A stretch of 64,000 nucleotides of DNA from an uncultured delta proteobacterium (GTDB lineage Bacteria; Desulfobacterota; Desulfomonilia; Desulfomonilales; Desulfomonilaceae), in NCBI GenBank assembly GCA_963789265.1, contig CAWBKB010000007.1, positions 352,001 through 416,000 of the forward strand. Reading direction: 5' to 3'. The notes beneath the pieces are model-generated. The model saw only the letters and a list, made by a program, of their open reading frames with translations, made no database searches and was not told the DNA's origin. Shown here in pieces: positions 22,230 to 33,177 of the stretch. Both the position numbers and the translations under genes were made by a program. Positions within the stretch are counted from its first letter, which is position 1. The number at the start of each line of letters is the position of its first letter.

Positions 22230-23105
22230 TCAACCTTTCCATCCGAGGGTCCTTAAGATCCAATTCTTAAGTATTTCAATACAATGCGCGTTGAGTCTCA
22301 GGCGGTGCATCCCTCCGGGAATAACAGAAAGTTCCGCTACACCTGCCGGAGCATGATTGAAGATTTCCGTAGCTTGCTCTAAGGGGATCAGTTCGTCTGC
22401 GTCACCGTGAACGATCAGAATGTGCTTCGCACGTACCTGACCTATCCATCGCCTTGGCTCTATGTCTCTGAAGCCGTCAATCCAGCGATCCAGACTCGGC
22501 GGAAATCCCGGGCTCTTGACTAGGCCCCTTTCTTTGAAATCTGCCACGATCTCGGCCGGGTCTTTCTCAAATGTTCCAAAATGGGCCGGCGTTCCAACCG
22601 CGGCAACTCCGAATACACGCGTGCTCTCGGCGGCAACCCGGATCGCTGCGGCACCGCCTCCGCTGAATCCCAGGAGGATCACACGAGTAGGGTCAATGTG
22701 AGGTGTGTTCAGGACCTTGTCCAGCACAGCCTCCAAATCACGAACCCAACCCGTCATATCAAAGTTTCCTCCGGACTCGCCGCACCCTCTGAAATTGAAA
22801 ATTACAACTGCAATTCCCAAGGACAAGAACTCTCGCGCCAATCCCTCGTACCCGGGATCATCCGAGGGTCTTGCCACCCCGCTACCGGGAATGCCATGAC
22901 AGATAATCAGTCCCGGATACAACATGGCTGGCCGGTCCGACGGGAAAAGAAGCTGCCCGGCAATTGCAGCCCCGTCAGAAAACACTCTGAATGACTCTTT
23001 GAGCCCCTGATCGGTCGGACCGAGGTCTGCGCGCGCGTGCGGTTTCTTGATGCGAAGGGCCTGCAGGAGCTTTCCAAACATAATTTTTATGAGATTAATC
23101 TCCAT
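22230..23105 (-). CDS. Alpha/beta hydrolase
   Basis: CHG, FNFRGCGESGG, GFSGG, HGDAD, GMH. Confidence 0.88.
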   Translation of the reverse strand: MEINLIKIMFGKLLQALRIKKPHARADLGPTDQGLKESFRVFSDGAAIAGQLLFPSDRPAMLYPGLIICHGIPGSGVARPSDDPGYEGLAREFLSLGIAVVIFNFRGCGESGGNFDMTGWVRDLEAVLDKVLNTPHIDPTRVILLGFSGGGAAAIRVAAESTRVFGVAAVGTPAHFGTFEKDPAEIVADFKERGLVKSPGFPPSLDRWIDGFRDIEPRRWIGQVRAKHILIVHGDADELIPLEQATEIFNHAPAGVAELSVIPGGMHRLRLNAHCIEILKNWILRTLGWKG

Positions 23106-23263
23106 TCAAGGTCCTCTCCATTGTTCCAAGGAATTTACCAAATCCGTCGCCTGGCGTCCACGGCCGCAAACAAAGGAAAGGGGCCCGCGTTGGGGCCCCT
23201 GGAAAACTTGCGCTGTGCGGCGACTGATGAACTTAAATTGCGTGTTGAAACTAAGTGCCGCTT

Positions 23264-24217
23264 TCACTCTCTCGGATAAATTCTCCCGCAAAGAGGACAT
23301 AAGTAGACTTTTTCTCTAGCCAGAAACATGAACGATCCGACCGTAAAAAACGAAGCACCGGCCAAAAAGAAAATAGCCGTGGCACAGACTACCACCAACC
23401 TCTCCAGCGAGTAACCGTTAAAGAAACCGACCATCAGGCATCCCAGCAGTCCAAGGATTAGACAGGTGGCAGACATCTTAATCGCCACATAACTTCGGCC
23501 GCGATCATAAACATCGCGCAGAACTGCCTGCATCCTTTCCCGGCACGAGTCGCACTGGGCTCCCACGGACCGCCCATTTGTGTGATCATCGTCAGCATAA
23601 TCAAAAGGGCTGCCCTGGACTATTTCATCCAGGGGATCGTTGAACGTCGGCCGGCTCTCACGCGAGCTGTCCACTCTCGTAAAATAGACTTCGTGTCTTT
23701 CTTGCTCCGGCTCTGTGGCATGTTCGTTTTCCGGCCTGAGTGGGGGCGAATCGTACGGCACGTGTTCCTGCGCTACGCGGCAGCTAGAGAGACCCCTGGC
23801 TCCAGAATCGGCGCCCTTTTCTCGTTCACCGCAGGAACTCCGGCGAATGTCAGGTACAGCCGTTTCCGGTCGGCGCTCCCGGTTCATCAACTCCTGAAAA
23901 GAGACGCCGCACGTAGGACAAATGTCAAACATCGTGTCGTGCGCTACCAGGCAGGACGGACAAATGAAGCGAGCTTTCTCCTCTTCCTGTCGCGACTCTT
24001 CTGCCCGGCGAAGATTATCCCGCCTGGCATGAGCCTGGAGTTCTCGAGTATCAATGATGTGACGCTCCAAGAGCATGCTATAGAATTTTTCCAACCCGGC
24101 GGGAGTGAGATGATATCTTCTCAGAAGTTCCCCATCCGAAATCCCGGCGTGAAAATCTTCCAGGAAATCCTTGACCTTAATCGTTCGTTTTTCCGGACTA
24201 CATTGGTTCGTGTTCAT
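23264..24217 (-). CDS. Hypothetical membrane protein with zinc-ribbon motifs
   Basis: CPSC/CPTC, CDSC/CPLC, two C-terminal TM helices. Confidence 0.7.
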   Translation of the reverse strand: MNTNQCSPEKRTIKVKDFLEDFHAGISDGELLRRYHLTPAGLEKFYSMLLERHIIDTRELQAHARRDNLRRAEESRQEEEKARFICPSCLVAHDTMFDICPTCGVSFQELMNRERRPETAVPDIRRSSCGEREKGADSGARGLSSCRVAQEHVPYDSPPLRPENEHATEPEQERHEVYFTRVDSSRESRPTFNDPLDEIVQGSPFDYADDDHTNGRSVGAQCDSCRERMQAVLRDVYDRGRSYVAIKMSATCLILGLLGCLMVGFFNGYSLERLVVVCATAIFFLAGASFFTVGSFMFLAREKVYLCPLCGRIYPRE

Positions 24218-24537
24218 GGTATTTCACCTCGCGTGGACAGTGCAATTGTTTTATATCAAATAATTGACAATCTAGCAAGTAAAATTGCATTGTTATATTT
24301 ATTTCTTATAATTAACTTTAACATTGCCCGCACCTCTTGCCGATCCGAAGTTGTAAAACAGGCCATTGTCACCTTGCAAAGACTGGAGCTTTGGGCTAGG
24401 CTTTCAACTCTAAAACAAGGTTGAAACGGCCTGACCACCACAAAACGGCGTGGCTCATCCCTTTGCCGGGGTAACTTTTGGGCAATAGGGTTGAGAGAAT
24501 TAATTCACTTGCAGCCGGCGGCTCCGGAATATGTCGC

Positions 24538-24945
24538 ATGACAAAAATTGGTGTATCTCTCGTTGCCTTTTTGATATTTGCACCCTGCCTCCTGGGGCCA
24601 TTGAAATGTGCGAGTTCCGCCGAAGAAGGAGGGGCCTCTCTCGTCTGCCGCCCCGTTCTTGTTCCCGCCCACTCCGTTGAACTCGGAAAAGCCGGCGAAT
24701 TTACGTGGACCTGTGCCGGTGGGAACCAGAAAGGCAACGGCTTTTATATTGTGTTTATTAGGCCGGCTGGCACGTACGTGCTTTTGAAGGTCCCTGTGAA
24801 CAAAACGTCTTTTGAGTTTACACCTGATGTTCCCGGGCCATGGCGCTGGATAGTCATCAATACCGACCCTGATCGGGCTAAACCGGATGTCGAATCCAAG
24901 CCAGGCCATTTTCAGGTGTTGCCTGCGGCGGAATCGGAACATTAG
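24538..24945 (+). CDS. Hypothetical secreted protein
   Basis: Signal-peptide-like N-terminus, Ig-like FEFTPDVPG.W. Confidence 0.55.
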   Translation: MTKIGVSLVAFLIFAPCLLGPLKCASSAEEGGASLVCRPVLVPAHSVELGKAGEFTWTCAGGNQKGNGFYIVFIRPAGTYVLLKVPVNKTSFEFTPDVPGPWRWIVINTDPDRAKPDVESKPGHFQVLPAAESEH

Positions 24946-25181
24946 CCGACGGACCGACTTCTGAAAAGGCTTCGATTATATCCCTTTATAGTCCGTGCTC
25001 AGCAAGGACAAGCATGGGCTTTTAGTTCGGGAAGTGCATGTGACCCTTCACCGGCCGATTTCCGTATGTTATAGATTTGGGCCTGATTGTTGACCTGCGG
25101 CCTGGTTAAACAAGATCGGAACAAGAGTGGGGATGCGGGTCAAACGGCACGAGTTCATTTTGTAGAGAAGGAGAAACACCC

Positions 25182-26654
25182 ATGACGCGAGGCCGATGCC
25201 GGTCTGTTTATATCCCGGTCCTGGCGATGCTTGCGATCGTGATGCTTGCGACGATTCCGCCTGCCCCCGCTGTTGCGGAAGCTCCCCCGGCCCTCAAACA
25301 ATTGGAACAGGCTTTTGTCAGGGTGGCTGAAATGTGTACCCCCACTGTGGTTAACATAAGGTCCTCAAAGAAAGCGAGTTCTGCCCAAGTTGGGACGGAT
25401 CTGGAGCCATTTTTCAGATCGCCTCGTTTTAGGAAATTTTTTGGCGGTGAAGATTTCTTCAAGAATTTCAAGAAAGGTCCCCACTACGATGGCGGCTTTC
25501 GGACCGAAGGCATGGGATCCGGCGTCATCGTATCCGCTGACGGTCTCATTCTTACAAATTCACACGTCGTGAAAGACTTTGATGAAGTCAAGGTAACCCT
25601 CGCGGACAAACGATCCTTTAAGGCCAAGGTGATTGGAGCAGATCGAGAGAGCGATATTGCAGTGGTGAAGATTGAAGCCACCGGACTGCCGGTAGCCAAA
25701 TTCGGCGACTCTTCCAAACTGCGCGTCGGCGAGATCATTTTAGCAGTGGGTAACCCCTTTGGATTCAATCGGACTGTCACTTCCGGGATTGTCAGCGCGA
25801 CGGGCAGATCTAATGTGGGAATTATCGGATACGAAGATTTCATTCAGACCGATGCTGCTATCAACCCCGGCAATTCCGGGGGACCTCTGGTCAACATCAA
25901 CGGCGAAGTGGTCGGAATCAACACTGCCATAGCTACAGTCACTGGCGGTTATCAAGGGATCGGGTTCGCAATTCCGGCTAATTCAGCCAGATCGATAATG
26001 GATGACCTGGTCAAGAACGGCAAGGTTCGTCGAGGACTCCTGGGGATCAACATCCAGGATCTTGACGAATCACTTGCGAAATCGTTCGGAGCGACCCGAA
26101 CCAATGGAGCGCTCGTTGCCCAAGTGATCGCCGAGAGCCCGGCTGAAAAATCCGGCATCAAATCCGGCGATATCATTCTGAAGTATAACGGAGAGCAGGT
26201 AACGGACGCTGCGCACTTGAAGAATATGGTGGGACGCGAAAAGCCGGGGGCCAAGGCGAAATTGACAGTATACAGAGACAAGAAGAGCTTTGACGTAGAC
26301 GTCACGGTGGGGGAACGCACCCAGAAGGCACTTGCATCCGCAACACCACCGACTCCGGTGGAAAAATCAAACGAACTAGGGGTAAAAATCGAGAAGGTGC
26401 CGTCCGAGTTGGCGCACAGGATGCATTTGAAGGCCGGGGAAGGGGTCCGAATAAAGGAAATTTCGAATTCCGACGGAGCAGGGAGCAGAATGGGACTACG
26501 AGTGGGCGATGTTATCCTGGAAGTGGATGGAAAGCCTGTTTCAGATGTCAAGGCATTCAATAAGGCCATTGCACAGGCGAAGAGCAATGGGCTCGTGCGT
26601 TTGAAGATCCAGAGGGGGTCGGCAAAGGTATTCCTCGGTTCTTCGCTGGGCTAG
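25182..26654 (+). CDS. degP: DegP/HtrA (Do) serine protease
   Basis: GSGVI, TNSHV, IQTDAAINPGNSGGPL, two PDZ domains. Confidence 0.93.
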   Translation: MTRGRCRSVYIPVLAMLAIVMLATIPPAPAVAEAPPALKQLEQAFVRVAEMCTPTVVNIRSSKKASSAQVGTDLEPFFRSPRFRKFFGGEDFFKNFKKGPHYDGGFRTEGMGSGVIVSADGLILTNSHVVKDFDEVKVTLADKRSFKAKVIGADRESDIAVVKIEATGLPVAKFGDSSKLRVGEIILAVGNPFGFNRTVTSGIVSATGRSNVGIIGYEDFIQTDAAINPGNSGGPLVNINGEVVGINTAIATVTGGYQGIGFAIPANSARSIMDDLVKNGKVRRGLLGINIQDLDESLAKSFGATRTNGALVAQVIAESPAEKSGIKSGDIILKYNGEQVTDAAHLKNMVGREKPGAKAKLTVYRDKKSFDVDVTVGERTQKALASATPPTPVEKSNELGVKIEKVPSELAHRMHLKAGEGVRIKEISNSDGAGSRMGLRVGDVILEVDGKPVSDVKAFNKAIAQAKSNGLVRLKIQRGSAKVFLGSSLG

Positions 26655-27026
26655 GGCACTTTGCTGACACAGCAGGCCCTACGACTACGACATAGGACAC
26701 CGAAGGCCCTGATTTGCAGGGGCGAAGGGCATTTTCTCCTGACGGCCCTCGCGGCACGCGGGGTTGCCCCTACCGATCCTGGATCCGCGCCTGGGGCCGC
26801 GGGTGAATTCTCCACCTTCTCCGCGCATCCCGCGTCGCCGGGAAAGGTAGTCCCGCTTGCCCGCTGAACAGTTGGCCCCCTTGGTAAGGTCTACCTAGGC
26901 TCTCACAGAACAAGATCGTGGAAACCTGTCATAGACCGATTCGCTTTCATACATGTGAGACGACGGGTACCCCGCCGGTCAAGACGTTCTTAATCATTCT
27001 TTTGAAAGCTAAATGGTCTTGGACTG

Positions 27027-27368
27027 TCAGATGAATTCCACTATCACCTGGTATCCATGCGGTTCGAGATCCTTGAGCAGAGCGTGCGCAGCCTGTTGAA
27101 AGAGGGATTTATGTTCTTTTGCGCTGCCGACTCGGCGCATTTCTCCTCGAAAGACGCTGTCTTTGGAATCAAAAAGACCGTCATTGAAGTAGGTGTCAAG
27201 GGCCTCTTCCCACCCACCTCTCAATTCCCCATTCCGGGAATGTTCCAGCGCAAAACGTATTTCCTCACGCCGAAATTCTTTGGCAACGCGCACCTCGACG
27301 TGAAGACCGGCTCTGTAGGTTATATCAGCGACCAGCTTCCCTTTTTGGGATATGTGCGCGACGATCAT
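27027..27368 (-). CDS. Hypothetical protein
   Basis: 113-aa ORF with plausible composition. Confidence 0.5.
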   Translation of the reverse strand: MIVAHISQKGKLVADITYRAGLHVEVRVAKEFRREEIRFALEHSRNGELRGGWEEALDTYFNDGLFDSKDSVFRGEMRRVGSAKEHKSLFQQAAHALLKDLEPHGYQVIVEFI

Positions 27369-27774
27369 CGTGGCCTATCCTGGCAGGAAGAGATCTTGGG
27401 ACTGGCGAGACAATACGCGCAGTGCCGTTGTAAAGGTAGTAATGCTAGCAACCTCCGCTTCCAGTGTCCAGAGTAAATCTCGCAATCAAGGTTGGAGAGC
27501 TTGACAACACCTCTGGACTGGTTTATGGATTCCTATCTCGCTGGGTCGTGTGCCTATGTCCCCGTAGACTCAGCCAATTTGGAGTTTGGCCCTTGGCCTC
27601 ACACGGTTTTCTGAAACGTGAATTCGACGACTGAACGACAACGGCTGCACGTGCAACCCTCGTTGAAGTCCAAGTCACGTGCCGAGAAGACCATTCATGG
27701 TGTTTCGCTTTGAGGGGATTGGTTGGCGTTGCGTACATGCCAAGAAAGATCTTCCAAAATGACCGGGGGGATTC

Positions 27775-28017
27775 TTGCCGAAGGGCATCCTGCAACCCGA
27801 TGGGAGGTTGGTTCAAGTGATGGATCCGTGTCCTGTACTGGTGAAAGGTAACCGAGAATCGGACAGACCTTACAGAAAAGTGGACTGCGACCATTACAGC
27901 AGTTGCCTGGACACCGCCTTGAGGAGTCGCTGGTCTGATTTCTCGTGCTGCCAATGCGAGGCATACACGAGGACCCGATTTATCGAACAAGCCACTGGCT
28001 CGGACGATTACTGGTAA
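27775..28017 (+). CDS. Small Cys-rich hypothetical protein (true start possibly near 27737 across a G-run frameshift)
   Basis: C..Y..CLD.A....W..FSC..C pattern. Confidence 0.55.
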   Translation: MPKGILQPDGRLVQVMDPCPVLVKGNRESDRPYRKVDCDHYSSCLDTALRSRWSDFSCCQCEAYTRTRFIEQATGSDDYW

Positions 28018-28043
28018 GGGGTTCCCAGACACAAGGGAAGACC

Positions 28044-28718
28044 GTGAGGCTGCTTGTCCCTGTCGTTATATGGGCTGTGGCGTTCGCTTTTGTGGAATCG
28101 GCCGTGGTGGATTACCTTCGAGCCCTCTATTGCCCTTTGGCCCACGGTGGGTTCAAATTCCCTATTCAAACCGTCGAGCAAATCAGAGCTTTGGGGGAGG
28201 AGCATTGGCGACGCCTTATCGTGGAACTGGGCAGAGAGCTCGCTACACTTGTGATGCTTGCCACTGTGGGGATTGTGGCCGGGAAGAATCGCCGCGAGTC
28301 TTGGGCCTATTTCATGATAGCCTTCGGGGTCTGGGACATATTCTATTATCTTTGGCTTAAGCTTTTCCTTGACTGGCCGCCCAGCATAATGACGTGGGAT
28401 CTGCTCTTCCTTGTGCCGGTGCCGTGGGTGGCGCCGGTATTGGCTCCTATTCTGGTTTCGTTAGCCCTGATAACTTCGGGCATTACCGTGCTTTGTTACG
28501 AGAGCGCGGGGCGGCCTCTTGACACTTCTGCGAAGGACTGGGCCCTGGTGATCGGCGGAGGATTAATGGTAATCATCTCCTTTTGCTGGGACTGGATCAA
28601 TATTATGAGTGGCGGCTATCCAAATCCTTTCCACTGGCTTTTATTTTTCGCCGGTTTAGCCCTTGGGGCCGGAGGCTTTGTAGCGATCCTGATTCGCCAA
28701 CCTGTCACACCTGTCTGA
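28044..28718 (+). CDS. Conserved membrane protein
   Basis: E..VV.YLR, RE.ATL.ML, FGVWDIFYY, WDLLFL.P.PW..PV.AP motifs; about 6 TM. Confidence 0.75.
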   Translation: MRLLVPVVIWAVAFAFVESAVVDYLRALYCPLAHGGFKFPIQTVEQIRALGEEHWRRLIVELGRELATLVMLATVGIVAGKNRRESWAYFMIAFGVWDIFYYLWLKLFLDWPPSIMTWDLLFLVPVPWVAPVLAPILVSLALITSGITVLCYESAGRPLDTSAKDWALVIGGGLMVIISFCWDWINIMSGGYPNPFHWLLFFAGLALGAGGFVAILIRQPVTPV

Positions 28719-28961
28719 AAAGCATGCACTGTCCCGCCGGCCTCAGAAATTGGCTTTGCCGAGATCGACTTTGCACCCATTGCGTACAGGTTTCGATTCA
28801 ACCCGAACTTGACTCGATTCTCGGCCTTTGGTAATCATTTAGGGTCAGACCCGGATTCCGTATGCATCCCGGCTTGCTCTGCCGCCACGCCCGCTCGACG
28901 CCGGGAACAAGCCCCGGGCCCGCACAATGCAGATCCCCGTCCGGAAACGAATGGAGGCTTT

Positions 28962-30035
28962 ATGGGAACCGTACCGCGCAACAGGACCGGCTCGCAAACG
29001 TATGACGAAAATAACCTCGGTTTCGGAAGCATCTTTACAGACCACATGCTTCAGATGTCGTTTTCCTCGGTCAAAGGAGGATGGCAGCCGCCGCAGATTC
29101 TCCCCATGGATAACCTTCGTCTCCATCCGGCGACGATGGTTCTGCACTATGGGCAGCAGGTCTTTGAAGGTTTGAAGGCTTTCGCAGGGCCGAACGAAGA
29201 CGATATTTTCCTTTTCCGGCCTAATATGAATATAAGGCGCTTTAACAAGTCCTGTGCGCGAATGTGCATTCCTGAAGTAGATCCGGACCTATTTTTGGAC
29301 CAGATGTGCCGTCTCGTCAGGTTAGACAGGGACTGGATACCAAGGGCTCCAGGTACGTCGATTTATGTTCGTCCCACAATAATCGCCTCGGAACCACACC
29401 TGGGGGTAAGACCGGCCGAGCGATATCTTTTCTATATCATCCTTTCCCCCGTGGGAGCCTACTATCCCGAAGGCTTCGCGCCGGTAAAGATCCTGGTGAC
29501 GGACAAGTACATCCGTGCGTGCAGAGGCGGAGTAGGTGAGGCCAAAACCGCTGCAAACTATGCTGCTTCCCTCCTGGCCGCGGAAGAGGCTCATGACGCC
29601 GGGTTCACACAGGTTCTGTGGCTCAATGCGGTAGACAAGGTCTCCGTGGAGGAAGTGGGCACAATGAATATCTTCTTTCGGATCAGTGATGAAATCATCA
29701 CTCCTGCGCTGGAAGGGACGATCTTGCCCGGCGTGACGAGAGATTCTGTTATTCATTTCGCGAACGACAGGGGCTTAAAGGTCACCGAACGACACATTTC
29801 CATAGAAGAGGTCGTCCACGGGGCTGAAGACGGAAGCCTGCAAGAGATCTTCGGGTCCGGGACGGCGGCTGTTGTGTCCCCGGTGAGCAGCTTCCGCTAC
29901 AAGGGGGTGGACTATCAGGTGGCGGACGGTAAGACCGGCGAGGTGGCCGCGATGTTGTTCGAGGAGCTTGTGGCGATGCAGACCGGTGTCAAGCCGGATC
30001 CTTATGGGTGGGTAGTGAACATCGGGAAGGAATAG
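28962..30035 (+). CDS. ilvE: Branched-chain amino acid aminotransferase
   Basis: LHYGQQVFEGLKA, YVRP, AKTAANY, EEVGTMN, ILPGVTR, GTAA. Confidence 0.95.
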   Translation: MGTVPRNRTGSQTYDENNLGFGSIFTDHMLQMSFSSVKGGWQPPQILPMDNLRLHPATMVLHYGQQVFEGLKAFAGPNEDDIFLFRPNMNIRRFNKSCARMCIPEVDPDLFLDQMCRLVRLDRDWIPRAPGTSIYVRPTIIASEPHLGVRPAERYLFYIILSPVGAYYPEGFAPVKILVTDKYIRACRGGVGEAKTAANYAASLLAAEEAHDAGFTQVLWLNAVDKVSVEEVGTMNIFFRISDEIITPALEGTILPGVTRDSVIHFANDRGLKVTERHISIEEVVHGAEDGSLQEIFGSGTAAVVSPVSSFRYKGVDYQVADGKTGEVAAMLFEELVAMQTGVKPDPYGWVVNIGKE

Positions 30036-30125
30036 GGGCACCCGCTGCAGGTACCCTTCTGGTACCTAATCTAACTGTTCAGGCTTGTGGGACAGGCTCT
30101 ATTCAATGGCGTCGTCTTACTTGTT

Positions 30126-30247
30126 ATAACCATTCAGTCTTGTGGGGCAGGCTTTCCGGCCTGCCGAAGAAACCCCTGTTCAATGGCGGGCTAGAAAGCC
30201 CACCCCACGAAACCACCTGCAAATTACGGCTGTAACTGAATGCATAC
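30126..30247. mobile_element. MITE class C (122 bp) carrying a GTGG REP doublet
   Basis: Ends ATAACCATTCAG / CTGAATGCATAC; 8-bp TSD TACTTGTT; second copy at 34870-35032. Confidence 0.7.
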
Positions 30248-30274
30248 TACTTGTTTGAAAGCGATATGGCATTG

Positions 30275-32206
30275 CTACTGGAAAGCGAATACTTTTTCTT
30301 GCCCCCCCGGCGGAGTTATGAATAACTGCAACGCGCTGGGACCGGTACCCTGAAAATAATCAAGAAACATTTCGTGGCTACCCGCTTCCATGGTAGCGGT
30401 CCCGGTTTGCTCGACGACTTTCCCTGCCCCTTCTCCGTTTATGATCATCTTCTTGCCGATTATCAGGCGAGCCGCATCGCCGCAGACAATCCTAAACTTG
30501 TAGCTTCCTGCCTCCTGATTCGAGAGCGCAAACTTGATGTAAAACCTGAGGCCAAACCAATTATCCCGTTTTGGCACACCAGGGAACTCTCGCGTACCTC
30601 TGTTTGCAGGATAATCTATTGCCTTGGTAAAGAACATCCCGGAAGGGGAAAGCTTATTATAATTGGGCATCTTCCTGGTATTGGGCTTCAGAAAGTACAC
30701 GAAAGCGGGAATGAGGCTCACGCCCCCTTCCTCCGACGAGAATCCCGTCAAAGTACCCGCGGGTGTGAATAGTTCCTCCTTCTTCTTAGGTTCGGTGACG
30801 TACAGTTCCAGCCGAGGCTCCCCCTTGGGATGGAAGTAGTCAACCGTGATTGGATAACTCCCTTTCTGGAGGAAAGCCCATCCAAGCTTCCCTGTTGAGT
30901 CGGCTTTCGATCCGCCGGTATCATTCACAATATTTTGCTTGCCGATCGTCAAACGGGCAAAGTGGTCGGCAAGGAGCCGGAAAGCAAAGATGCCCGCGCC
31001 TTGAACATTAAAAAACCCCTGATACCGAATCCCTATCATTTCTTTCCTGTCAGGGAGGCCAACGAATCCTTTGCCGCCTGACACGTCGAGAGTTGGAGCG
31101 ATCACTCGTCCGATAGGACTTAGCCGACTAAAATCCGGTCCTTCGGGGTAGTTGCCTTTTGGAACAAAATAGACTTGTCCCCAGAGCACGTCATACGGCT
31201 TGGCAGGTTCCTTCCAGCCTGCTAATCCGCTGCTCAAGGAGAAGATCTGCTCCGGGCCGAGCGGCGGCTGTACGTATAATTTAAGAACCGGTGGCCCTTG
31301 TGAATTAAAGCTGTCGACAATAATCGTATGGATTCCTTCTCCGAGGTGTAGATACGCCGTCTTGGACGAGGGTTCATGAATGCCGTCATTCTCGATGACC
31401 GTCTTGTCGTCTATGTTCACCCGAGACCCATCCTTGGAGTCGAGCCTCCATTTGAAGATCCCCTCCCCAGAAACCATGAACATACCGATAAATCGCATTC
31501 CAATATCATTGACATTCTCGGACAGACCCGCAGGTTCGTTCTCCCCTTTTGCCGGATCAAGGTAGATCCTGTCGCAGGTGAGGGTCTGAGCGGGTTTGAA
31601 CGCGCTGTAATCAGATAACGCTTGGATATTACTGGGCAATTTGTATATGTTTACGTTAAAAGCGCCCTTGCCGCCGGGCAATGCTGCGGAAACGGGGCCT
31701 GACACCGACCTTCTTGAGGAAGCGGCAACCGGTTTCCTGCCTGTAGGCCCTTGCGAGGCTTTGGGTCCGGGGGATGGTTGTTCGGATTCTGCCGCTGTGC
31801 CTTTCCCCGGGGCAGCCTGCCCGGCTCTGGGGCCGCTGGAAGGAGGAGGAGATGTTCCAGGCTCTTTCTTCAGGATCATAGGAGAGGAAGGAGGATTGCT
31901 AGGGTGAATGTCGAGGGGTTTCCCTTCCGGTTGTTTTCCGGCGGTCTCATCTCGGCCCCCACCAGCCCTTTCAGCCGGTTCTACCCCTGGCGCGGCAGTC
32001 GTTCCTTTTCCCCGTTGAGCTCCCTTGACAGGCGCTGACTCTACATGAAAGGATTCGATCTGGTCAGGAGCGAAATTTAGCGGCACTTTTTGAGTCGAGC
32101 CACCCTTCTTTTTGATCACCAGATAGTTGTCGGCTTGGCTGATGATCGTGGTACAAAAGACTATCGCCAAGGCTACAACAATTATTTTTGGCAAAAGAGA
32201 TCTCAT
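30275..32206 (-). CDS. Secreted protein with three PA14-like domains
   Basis: Signal peptide, Pro/Gly linker, repeated F.G...V...G.F.FRL.S.D...L.I..K..I..DG.H motif. Confidence 0.75.
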   Translation of the reverse strand: MRSLLPKIIVVALAIVFCTTIISQADNYLVIKKKGGSTQKVPLNFAPDQIESFHVESAPVKGAQRGKGTTAAPGVEPAERAGGGRDETAGKQPEGKPLDIHPSNPPSSPMILKKEPGTSPPPSSGPRAGQAAPGKGTAAESEQPSPGPKASQGPTGRKPVAASSRRSVSGPVSAALPGGKGAFNVNIYKLPSNIQALSDYSAFKPAQTLTCDRIYLDPAKGENEPAGLSENVNDIGMRFIGMFMVSGEGIFKWRLDSKDGSRVNIDDKTVIENDGIHEPSSKTAYLHLGEGIHTIIVDSFNSQGPPVLKLYVQPPLGPEQIFSLSSGLAGWKEPAKPYDVLWGQVYFVPKGNYPEGPDFSRLSPIGRVIAPTLDVSGGKGFVGLPDRKEMIGIRYQGFFNVQGAGIFAFRLLADHFARLTIGKQNIVNDTGGSKADSTGKLGWAFLQKGSYPITVDYFHPKGEPRLELYVTEPKKKEELFTPAGTLTGFSSEEGGVSLIPAFVYFLKPNTRKMPNYNKLSPSGMFFTKAIDYPANRGTREFPGVPKRDNWFGLRFYIKFALSNQEAGSYKFRIVCGDAARLIIGKKMIINGEGAGKVVEQTGTATMEAGSHEMFLDYFQGTGPSALQLFITPPGGQEKVFAFQ

Positions 32207-32364
32207 CTGTTCACCTCACCCCCGCAAAAGGGGGATTCGGCATGACCGTTGATGCCGATCCGATACGAACTGAGATGCGCCAGGAGTCTTGCGTGAGGGA
32301 ATTGCGGCACTCGGCTATCCGCTCCGGCGCCGCAACCGCCGCATCGTGATCTTTTGGCGGCATT

Positions 32365-33177
32365 TTAGTGCGCGATAAACTGTAGCTCATTAGGCGAGCC
32401 GGCAAGCATCCGGTGGCCGGCAGCGGAATCTGTGCTTGATTGCCGACCGATTCTGCTTGATTTGACCAGGGAAGCCAATCCTTTGTTGTTCCTCTCAATC
32501 CGCCTATGTTCTCTCGCTCTTCGAGAACGAGCAGTCTTATCTAAACTCTTCAAAGCCTTGCCTGTCAAGGGAATGGGAAAGTCTGTCAAGCGATTGTACA
32601 CCCGCAGGACTTTTCGCACAAACCGGCCCGCGGCGTCTGAGCGATCGAGCTTGTGCACCGGGCCGGGCCCGATATTGTAAGCAGCTAGCGCCAGATAGGT
32701 CGAATTGCGATAGTGTTTGTACCGCTCAAAACAGTGACGCAAGTATGCAGCACCGGCCATGATATTTTGATGCGGGTTCCAAGGGTCTGTTACTCCCAAA
32801 ACCTTTAGCACTATGGGCCTCAGTTGCATGAGCCCCCGCGCGTCCCGGCAGGAAGCAGCCCTTGGCTTGAAACTCGATTCCACGTGAGCGACCGCGGCAA
32901 TGAGGACAGGATCGATATTAAATTCGCGGCCTGCCAAAATGAATATCTTGGCATAGCCAGGATTGCCGCCGAGAGATGAGATCACTGCCTTGAGATTGTC
33001 CAACTCCTGGATGCTTATGCGGGCCGGTTTTCGCCCTGCACTTGCCAGTCGGCTAACAGCCGGCGGCTTGAGGCCCGGCATACAAATCTCCGGTCTGGCG
33101 ACAGCCGGATCGTAATCCACGGCCGTCAATATTCCCCCCAAAGATAGCATTAGCATGCCTTGGAGTATCATGTGCAA
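32365..33177 (-). CDS. Lytic transglycosylase (SLT domain)
   Basis: VESSF, GLMQL, ALAAYNIG. Confidence 0.88.
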   Translation of the reverse strand: MHMILQGMLMLSLGGILTAVDYDPAVARPEICMPGLKPPAVSRLASAGRKPARISIQELDNLKAVISSLGGNPGYAKIFILAGREFNIDPVLIAAVAHVESSFKPRAASCRDARGLMQLRPIVLKVLGVTDPWNPHQNIMAGAAYLRHCFERYKHYRNSTYLALAAYNIGPGPVHKLDRSDAAGRFVRKVLRVYNRLTDFPIPLTGKALKSLDKTARSRRAREHRRIERNNKGLASLVKSSRIGRQSSTDSAAGHRMLAGSPNELQFIAH

